A stretch of DNA of 58,928 nt, from positions 1 to 58,928 of the forward strand of contig CAZFMJ010000007.1 in assembly GCA_964520045.1 (NCBI GenBank), read 5' to 3'. The stretch comes from an uncultured Elusimicrobiales bacterium. Its GTDB lineage: Bacteria; Elusimicrobiota; Elusimicrobia; Elusimicrobiales; CAZFMJ01. Made by a program: the position numbers and the translations under genes. The notes under the pieces are model-generated. The model was not told where the DNA came from and searched no databases. It worked only from the letters and a program-made list of their open reading frames with translations. Of this stretch, positions 52,631 through 58,928 are shown piece by piece (the stretch's first letter is position 1; every line of letters starts with the position of its first letter).

Positions 52631-52939
52631 ATGACCGAAGTTAAACCGCCGCCGCAGCAGCCCGCCCAGTCAGTTCAGCTTCAGGTTGATATGGACGATA
52701 CGCTGGCTCAGGGGGTATACGCCAATCTTGCCGGAGTCACGCACAGCGAAACGGAATTTATACTTGATTTCCTTTTTCTCCAGCCCAATCAGCCCAAAGC
52801 CAAACTGCGCTCAAGGATAATTTCAAGTCCCGTCCACACAAAGCGTCTTCTTGCGGCTATTGCCGACAATGTGCGCAAATACGAAGAAAGGTTCGGCGTC
52901 ATTGCGGACAAGCCCATAGTTCCGCAGGCGCACAGCTGA
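52631..52939 (+). CDS. DUF3467-like small protein
   Basis: ATG at 52631 follows AAGGAGG. VYANLAGVTHSETEFILDFLF resembles the DUF3467 core. This call is from memory, not a search. Confidence 0.6.
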   Translation: MTEVKPPPQQPAQSVQLQVDMDDTLAQGVYANLAGVTHSETEFILDFLFLQPNQPKAKLRSRIISSPVHTKRLLAAIADNVRKYEERFGVIADKPIVPQAHS

Positions 52940-52943
52940 AAAA

Positions 52944-53100
52944 GAGAGTAGAAAGTAGATAGTAGAAGAGAAACAGAAAGCAAGAGAAGCAACGGAAAAA
53001 TGCTGGACGGCTAGACTGCTGGCAGCCGGAACTGGTGACATGGTGACTGGTGACTCTGTCACTGGGCAACTGGGCTGCCGGGTGTCTGGGCGGCTGGGGA
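52944..53100 (+). repeat. Heptamer, then octamer/GGTGAC arrays after the DUF3467 gene
   Basis: AGTAGAAAGTAGATAGTAGAAGAGAAACAGAAAG...GCTGGACGGCTAGACTGCTGGCAGCC...CTGGTGACATGGTGACTGGTGACTCTGTCACTGGGCAACTGGGCTGCCGGGTGTCTGGGCGGCTGGGG. Confidence 0.85.
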
Positions 53101-53110
53101 GGGGGAACTC

Positions 53111-53911
53111 ATGAAAATAAAAATACCGCATGAAATAGAAATCACAAAAAAACATTTGGGCGCGATCGCAGTGATCGCTCTGCTTTGCATCGGCTATGCC
53201 GTGATAGACACCGAGACCCTTACCCTGCGCGCGTATTATCCCTCGCCGGTGGGAATTTACACAAGGCTTGTGAGCCTAAACAAAGCAACATTTGCCAGAG
53301 AGAAAGGCAATGTTGTGCTGACATCAGAAAAAAATCCAACCGGCATGGTGGGAATAGGCACCACCGATCCCAAAGCCAAACTGGATGTAAGAGGGATTAT
53401 AAAAGTCAGCGCCGATAACACCACTAACACTATGGTCTGCGGTCAGGATAGGAGAGGAGCAATACGGTATTTTTCGGCAAACAGCGATGATCCCGGAAAG
53501 TTTCAATACTGCGATGGGGGCACAGAGTGGAAAGACATGGGGGGGGCGGACGGCGGACCCTGTCCTTCGGGTTTTAATGATACCGGCTATGGTTACTGTA
53601 TTCAGAACGTTGAAAACCCTGCTGTTTATACGTGGTTTGAAGCGAGCCGATACTGCGCTGCGAATTATAATGCCCGCCTATGCCGTTCGTCCGAGTGGTA
53701 TCTTGCCTGCGTCAATGGTAAAGCGAGCGGGATGGGGGGGAATTTTGAGTGGGGAGATGATTTTGGCACAATCGACGGCGGGCATCAGTATGTGGGTTTG
53801 TGGGGTGGTAATACGGGAGTGTCTGGGGGCGGGGGGTGTAACTATGGTTCTTCATGGATAGACGGGTATCCCGGCGATCTCTATAATTTCCGCTGCTGCC
53901 GCAATAAATAA
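53111..53911 (+). CDS. Membrane-anchored protein with a Cys-rich, lectin-like C-terminal domain
   Basis: N-terminal TM segment LGAIAVIALLCIGYAVI. GIGTTDPKAKLDVRG, a motif common in fibre/surface proteins. The C-terminal YTWFEASRYCAANYNARLCRSSEW resembles C-type-lectin/DUF1566-like folds. Confidence 0.55.
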   Translation: MKIKIPHEIEITKKHLGAIAVIALLCIGYAVIDTETLTLRAYYPSPVGIYTRLVSLNKATFAREKGNVVLTSEKNPTGMVGIGTTDPKAKLDVRGIIKVSADNTTNTMVCGQDRRGAIRYFSANSDDPGKFQYCDGGTEWKDMGGADGGPCPSGFNDTGYGYCIQNVENPAVYTWFEASRYCAANYNARLCRSSEWYLACVNGKASGMGGNFEWGDDFGTIDGGHQYVGLWGGNTGVSGGGGCNYGSSWIDGYPGDLYNFRCCRNK

Positions 53912-53989
53912 AACGCATTTGCGTTTTACTTAATCGGAAAGTGACGGTTCCCATACCGGTGGGAGATATAGGAGATTTCGAGGTTGGGT

Positions 53990-54075
53990 AAGAGAAGCAA
54001 CGGAAAAATGCTGGATAGCGAGAAGGCTGGATAGCTTGACAGCTTGGCTGCTAACGGCAAACTGGTAGCCGCTCA
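53990..54075 (+). repeat. Post-stop repeat sharing a 26-nt identity with 52982-53007
   Basis: AAGAGAAGCAACGGAAAAATGCTGGA, then TAGCGAGAAGGCTGGATAGCTTGACAGCTTGGCTGC. Confidence 0.8.
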
Positions 54076-54277
54076 TTGTATACTCGAATGTAATTCGGAT
54101 TAAATACGATTTGAATAAATGTTTGGCAGGGCAATGGTTTTTTGCAGTATCTTCATACCTCATACCGCATAACATCCGCCGTGTTTTATCTATTCTTTGT
54201 ATAAATAATAGAAATGATTTTGTAACAGTAAACCGCTAGAATTTCGTCAGGTATACGGCGCATAAACCGTAAAAACC

Positions 54278-56221
54278 ATGAAAACGTGTTGCGGAAAATT
54301 TCTCATTATGTTTTTCATCGGCGCTCTGCCGGTTTTTCTTCCCGCGGGGGGAAGAGCTGAGATAGAGGCTTTGGATATCGCTTTGCTCGAGAGAGAGGTG
54401 GAAATCAGGAAGGATGTGGAAACGAAAATAAAAAGCGAGATCCTGGACCCCATATTAGGGGAAGGCAGGTCGTCAGTATTCGCCGACGTTGAGCTTGAGA
54501 TAGTGTCGCGCAAGGCCGACCAGACCCGCACCGGAATAGGGGTGGCCCAGAAATACAAAGAAAAAAGCTCGGGGGGCAATTCAAAGGGCGATATACAGTA
54601 CATAATGCCGGGCATTCCAAAACCCAAATCAGTGCTGGGCGGAGGGTCGGACAAGCCCGAGGCGGCGCAGGGACAGCAGGCCCAGCAGGAAAAGGGAGTG
54701 AAGGAAACGCGCTACGGCATGGAAGTGGACATAAAAAGATTCCAGCTTACGGTCATCCATGACGACTCTCTTTCCCAATCCAGCCTTAAGACGGCCAGAG
54801 AGAGAATAAACGACGCGCTTCTTCCGTATAAGATAAAAAAGAAAGACCTTCCGACCGTGGTTTTTAAGCCCACGAAATTCAAAGCGCATAATATGCTTGA
54901 CGACTTAAAAAGGCCGGGCGTCTATCTTCCGCTTTTATACGCTTTTTTGTCGCTTCTCCTTCTGCTGTTTTTGTTCGGTCCGGTGGCTTCGTTCCTGAGA
55001 AAATACGTAAAGGCCTTTCTTGAGAAACCCGGCGCGGAGGTGAATATCGAGTCAAAAACCGAAACTCCGGAAAATGCCGGCGGAGGCAAGGGAGGCGTGG
55101 AGGAGGGGCATCAGCAGATCGACATGATGTTCCAGCAGAAAGAAGAGGACAAGGAGGACGAGGAGGACGAGGCCATGAAAAAATTTGAGCCGTTTTCCTA
55201 TATAAACGAGGAAAATCTTAAGCGGTTGATTTATATGTTTCTTTTGAGGAGGGAGGAGCCGTGGGTTATAGCCGTTGTTTTAAGCTATCTTAGGCCGGAA
55301 TTTGCGAGACAGGCTCTTTCCATGCTTCCGCTTGAAATTCAAGCCAAAGTCGCCATGGAGGCGCTTACGGTGAGGCAGATCACGAAAGACCAGGTAAGGG
55401 CGATCGACGCCCAGGTAAAGGAGAATGTGGATTTTGTGGTCGGGGGAGTGGACAGGCTTACCAGAATGCTTGAGGATTCCGACCCCGGCACGCGGCAGAA
55501 TATATTGGAATATCTCAAGACGCAGAAGCCGGCCACGTACGAGAGACTTAAAAAATCCATCCTTACGTTTGAGGATATGGGGCATTTCCCGGATAAAGAC
55601 ATGCAGATCGTGATACGCGGGCTGAATACGGAAGATATAGCAAAGGCTCTCCAGAAAGCGCCTCCCGAGGTGGCGGACAAGTTTTTTGCCAATATGTCGG
55701 AGCGGGCGGGGGCGATGCTTAAGGAAACCATGGAATATTTCGTGGATATAACGCCCGTGCAGATGGAAGAAGCCCGCATGAAAATAATCGACGTGATAAA
55801 GACGCTTGAAAAAGAGGGCAAGATAACCGTAAGGGAGCAGAATTCCGACGAAGCCAGAATAGACGAGATGGAGATATCCGCCGAAAACGAACGGAGAAAG
55901 AAATTGGAAAATATCGCGGGCATGGATGCGTCGCAATCGTCCGCCGCGCAGCCGGCGGGCGGACAGTTCGGACAGTATCTGGAGGCCGGAACGGCTTTGT
56001 ATAACGAGGGGCGTTACGAAGAAAGCATGCAGTATCTGCAGTATGCCGTATCCGGAGATCCGTCGCTTTGGCAGGCTTACCAGTATTTAGGGGCCGCCTG
56101 TTATGCTTTGGGCAGAGCGCAGGAAGCCGTGCAGTTTTATGAAAAATATGCCCTAGAAAGCAATGACCCGGCGGTAAAGGATTGGGTCGCAAATTTTAAG
56201 CAGAATGCGGGAAAAAGTTGA
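54278..56221 (+). CDS. FliF(RBM3)-like periplasmic domain + TM + FliG middle/C-terminal domains + TPR fusion protein
   Basis: IKSEILDPILGEGRSSVFADVELE and ETRYGMEVDIKRFQLTVIHDD (FliF/YscJ-like split RBM). TM segment VYLPLLYAFLSLLLLLFLFG. FliG-like EEPWVIAVVLSYLRPEFARQALSMLPLEIQ, ILTFEDM and FFANMSERAGAMLKETMEY...EEARMKIIDVIKTLEKEGKI. TPR repeats at the C-terminus. Confidence 0.75.
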   Translation: MKTCCGKFLIMFFIGALPVFLPAGGRAEIEALDIALLEREVEIRKDVETKIKSEILDPILGEGRSSVFADVELEIVSRKADQTRTGIGVAQKYKEKSSGGNSKGDIQYIMPGIPKPKSVLGGGSDKPEAAQGQQAQQEKGVKETRYGMEVDIKRFQLTVIHDDSLSQSSLKTARERINDALLPYKIKKKDLPTVVFKPTKFKAHNMLDDLKRPGVYLPLLYAFLSLLLLLFLFGPVASFLRKYVKAFLEKPGAEVNIESKTETPENAGGGKGGVEEGHQQIDMMFQQKEEDKEDEEDEAMKKFEPFSYINEENLKRLIYMFLLRREEPWVIAVVLSYLRPEFARQALSMLPLEIQAKVAMEALTVRQITKDQVRAIDAQVKENVDFVVGGVDRLTRMLEDSDPGTRQNILEYLKTQKPATYERLKKSILTFEDMGHFPDKDMQIVIRGLNTEDIAKALQKAPPEVADKFFANMSERAGAMLKETMEYFVDITPVQMEEARMKIIDVIKTLEKEGKITVREQNSDEARIDEMEISAENERRKKLENIAGMDASQSSAAQPAGGQFGQYLEAGTALYNEGRYEESMQYLQYAVSGDPSLWQAYQYLGAACYALGRAQEAVQFYEKYALESNDPAVKDWVANFKQNAGKS

Positions 56222-56375
56222 AGAAGAGGGTAGAAGGTAGACGGGAGACGGTAGAAGGTAAACAGCAGAAGGTACAAAGAAAATGATAAACAGAAGATGG
56301 GATACCGGAGACGGAAGAAATGAGATGTTAGGTGTAGATTTTACCGTCTACCATTTACCGTTTACCATCTACCTT
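56222..56375. repeat. Composite heptamer unit between the FliG-like and coiled-coil genes
   Basis: AGAAGAGGGTAGAAGGTAGACGGGAGACGGTAGAAGGTAAAC ... core ... TTACCGTCTACCATTTACCGTTTACCATCTACCTTC. Confidence 0.9.
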
Positions 56376-56391
56376 CTTTTCTGGAGGTTTT

Positions 56392-58785
56392 ATGGACGAA
56401 GAAAAAGATAAATTTGAAAAACAGCGCAAACCTTTGCCTCCTTTGCCGCCTCTGCCTCCGGGGATGATTCCTCCGCAGTCCGCCGGCAATACCATTAATC
56501 TCAATTCTGCCAAAAATCAGGGTTTTCTGCCTTTTCCGCCCGGCATGCCGTTGTCTAAACCCGGCATTCCGCAATTTTCTCCGGCATCGTCCAATCAGCC
56601 GCCTGCTTTCGGCTCCATTCCGCCGGCGCCTCCTTTTACACAGCAGTCATGGCAGTATCCGGCGGAAAGGCCTGCCGAGGCCGAAAAGGCCCTGAAGCAG
56701 TCTGAAACCGAAAAACACGAACTGGAGCATAAGCTTGCCGATGCGGAAAAGCTTTTGTCTCAGGAAAAAGAGAAGGTTCTGCTTGCAAATATAAGAAGCC
56801 AGGAAGAAGCCGCTCTTTCCGCAAAAGTCGAGATTTCCCTCAAGGAAATACAGGACAGGCTCCGCAGAGACAGGCGCGAGCAGGAGATAGAGGAAGAAAA
56901 AGCCCGTCTGCAGTCAAAAGTCAAGGAACTAGAAGCGCGCATCCTGCAGGAAAGAGAAACATGGATGCAGACTCTTAAAACGCAGATGGAAAAGCGCGAA
57001 AGCCAGGACAAAGACATAGAAATTCATTTTGTTTCCCGCCTTCAGGAAATGGAGCGGAGATGGCTGGATGAAAAAGCGCAGTGGCAGAGGACCATAATGG
57101 CGAAGGAAGAGGAACTGCGCGAGCATAAAGGGGGCTCCGCTAAAATAAGGGATTTGGAAGACGAGCTTAGAAAAACGGCGTTTGAAAAAGAAAATCTTGA
57201 TAAGGATATTTCAAAGCTGCGTGAAACCATAGTTAATCTGGAAAAACAGAGAGCCTCCGATGAATCGGCTTTGCGCAACGTTTTTGAAAAAGCCAGGGAA
57301 CTTGAGGCGGTCAGGTCCGAGATGTCGGCGATGAAGAACAGGGAAGACAAAATGCTGGCGGACATGGAACGGCTTCAAAGGGAATTGGGTTTATCGGCGG
57401 ACAGGCATCAGGATGAAAAGGAAACCGCGCTTAAAAAGGCGCAGGAATCTTATGAGCGCTCTCTTCAGGAAAAAGACAAAGCGTTGGCCGATGCCGCAAG
57501 AGAGAGGGTTCAGGCTGTTTCGGAACTGGTAAAGATAAAAAGCTTTATTTCAAAACTGCAGGCCGTAAACTCGGCGCTGGAAAAGGAGCGCGGCGCTTTG
57601 CGCATGGAAAAGATGCAGCTCGCGCAGGCTCTTGCCGGGCATACCGGCGCCATGAACAAGCTTAAGGAGGAGATGTCCGAACTCGAGGCAAAGCGGCGGG
57701 AGGAAATAGAGAAACTCTACCATGCCTGGTCCGCAAAAGAGGCCGAAAACCGGAAGAACTACGAAGAGACTCTCAAGCAGCAGTTTGAAAGCATACTCCG
57801 CAACGAAACCAAGAAAATAGAGACAAAATACGAAATGGACGCGTTGGATATAGAGAAGAAAACCCGCCAGCAGGCTGAAGCCGAATATGCCAAGCGCAAC
57901 GAAGAGCTGGTGTCCAGAGCCGAACTGGCGGATATGAATGCCGGCAAACTTAAAGATGAAAATAAGAAGCTTGACGGGCAGTATAAAGCTCTTCTCGCGA
58001 ATTATCAGTGCGCGGAGCTGGAAAAGAAATATGCCGAAGAGGGAACCGGCCGTCTGGAGGATACGATTAAGGTTTTTGAGGCCGAAAAAGCCGAACTTAA
58101 GGGGGCGTTGAATAAGCTGCGCGAAGAGGGTATGCGTTTTGAAGAGGCAAAAAAGAATCTTAAAAATGATAAGAGCCGGCTTGAAACGGAAAAGCGGAAT
58201 CTTATTCTTCAATTGCAAAGCAGCGCGTCGCAGGGCGGAGTTCCGGATGAGCGGTTAAAGGCTTTAGAAGAGGAAAAGGACCGTCTTGAACGGGAAAATC
58301 AGGATCTTATCCTTCAATTGAAGAGCCGCGGTCCGCAGAGCGGAGTGTCGGAAGAGTCGTTTAAGGCCATTGAAAAAGCAAAGGCTATGCTGGCTGAAGA
58401 AAAACGTCTTTTGGACGGGCATAAGCGCCTGCTTGCGCAAGAGGTTGAAAAAATTTCAGCGGAGAGGGAGCAGGAGAAAACGGCCATAGCCGGGATTCAG
58501 GAGCAGATAAATAAAATGCAGGAGGAACGCGCCGGGCTGGAATCTGAAATCCTGAATCTGCGGAACAAAAATCAGGAGGCGGCTTCTCAAATAGAGGGAT
58601 TCAGAAGGCAGACACAGGGGGAAAGAGAGGCGTATGAAAGAAAACAGACTGAACTTAAATACCAGCTTGAGCGGTGCTCGGGGTTTATTGCCGAGCTTCA
58701 GAAAAAAAACAGCTATTATGAAGAGAATATGTCAAAAGGTTTTATCGACCGCATGAAATGGGCCGCGAAGTATAAAGGAGAGTAG
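56392..58785 (+). CDS. Giant coiled-coil protein with a proline-rich N-terminus
   Basis: 797 aa. N-terminal PLPPLPPLPPGMIPP...PAPPF, followed by about 650 aa of E/K/R/L/Q-rich heptad-like sequence. Good RBS (GGAGG). Confidence 0.7.
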   Translation: MDEEKDKFEKQRKPLPPLPPLPPGMIPPQSAGNTINLNSAKNQGFLPFPPGMPLSKPGIPQFSPASSNQPPAFGSIPPAPPFTQQSWQYPAERPAEAEKALKQSETEKHELEHKLADAEKLLSQEKEKVLLANIRSQEEAALSAKVEISLKEIQDRLRRDRREQEIEEEKARLQSKVKELEARILQERETWMQTLKTQMEKRESQDKDIEIHFVSRLQEMERRWLDEKAQWQRTIMAKEEELREHKGGSAKIRDLEDELRKTAFEKENLDKDISKLRETIVNLEKQRASDESALRNVFEKARELEAVRSEMSAMKNREDKMLADMERLQRELGLSADRHQDEKETALKKAQESYERSLQEKDKALADAARERVQAVSELVKIKSFISKLQAVNSALEKERGALRMEKMQLAQALAGHTGAMNKLKEEMSELEAKRREEIEKLYHAWSAKEAENRKNYEETLKQQFESILRNETKKIETKYEMDALDIEKKTRQQAEAEYAKRNEELVSRAELADMNAGKLKDENKKLDGQYKALLANYQCAELEKKYAEEGTGRLEDTIKVFEAEKAELKGALNKLREEGMRFEEAKKNLKNDKSRLETEKRNLILQLQSSASQGGVPDERLKALEEEKDRLERENQDLILQLKSRGPQSGVSEESFKAIEKAKAMLAEEKRLLDGHKRLLAQEVEKISAEREQEKTAIAGIQEQINKMQEERAGLESEILNLRNKNQEAASQIEGFRRQTQGEREAYERKQTELKYQLERCSGFIAELQKKNSYYEENMSKGFIDRMKWAAKYKGE

Positions 58786-58885
58786 ATAGTATATAGTATA
58801 TAGCAGAAAATAGACGGGAAAATCGGGTGTCTGGGCCGCTAGGCGGCTGGACGGCGAGACAGCTATTTAAGATGTCACCAGTCAT
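58786..58885 (+). repeat. Heptamer, then octamer arrays after the coiled-coil gene
   Basis: GTAGATAGTATATAGTATATAGCAGAAAATAGACGGG...GGGTGTCTGGGCCGCTAGGCGGCTGGACGGCGAGACAGC...GTCACCAGTC. Confidence 0.8.
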
Positions 58886-58928
58886 CTATGAAAAGGCATG
58901 TCAAGGGAATAAAAGTCCCCCGATAGCA

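Noticed and set aside
1-58928. Prophage, integrative element or defence island.
   Set aside because: I recognised no integrase, transposase, phage structural genes, restriction-modification, toxin-antitoxin or cas genes. The only nuclease-like gene is the GxxExxY cassette, which is reported separately.

Overview
About 59 kb of chromosomal DNA from an uncultivated, probably anaerobic, diderm bacterium. GC content is medium. I cannot assign a taxon from the sequence alone.

I support about 44 protein genes:
- mfd, alr, a HAMP-GGDEF cyclase and an SSF symporter.
- A GH13 enzyme and a buk-ptb pair.
- hutI and ftcD, separated by HAD, nucleoside phosphorylase and methyltransferase genes.
- A GH20/GH18/GH3 glycosidase group.
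- A minus-strand xylFGH, isomerase-like and xylulokinase-like operon.
- glgP.
- A LolA-like / FtsX / FtsX / ABC-ATPase / beta-barrel envelope cluster.
- A terminal cluster of poorly characterised genes.

I saw no rRNA, tRNA, CRISPR array, transposase or integrase.

The main feature of the window is its intergenic DNA. Almost every gene junction carries one or more of three repeat types:
- (i) Degenerate 7-nt (GGTAGAC-type) or 8-nt (CTGGACNG / CCCAGNNN / GTCACCA-type) tandem arrays. Their polarity follows transcription: the purine-rich version follows the stop codon and the inverted version precedes the next start.
- (ii) A double-hairpin REP/MITE-like element of about 70 nt, with 11 copies.
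- (iii) One intact GxxExxY (PD-(D/E)XK) gene cassette with 21-bp terminal inverted repeats, plus three miniature copies that share the same internal deletion.

These repeats also enter coding sequence. There is an in-frame insert of about 100 aa in mfd, and several genes have repeat-derived C-termini.

Best candidates for new biology:
- An orphan FliF(RBM3)-TM-FliG-TPR fusion protein next to a giant coiled-coil protein.
- The polar repeat architecture itself.
- The mobile-looking GxxExxY cassette family.
- A single-gene insertion inside the xyl operon, bounded by perfect 35-bp direct repeats.

All homology calls were made by eye from motifs. Nothing was searched against a database.
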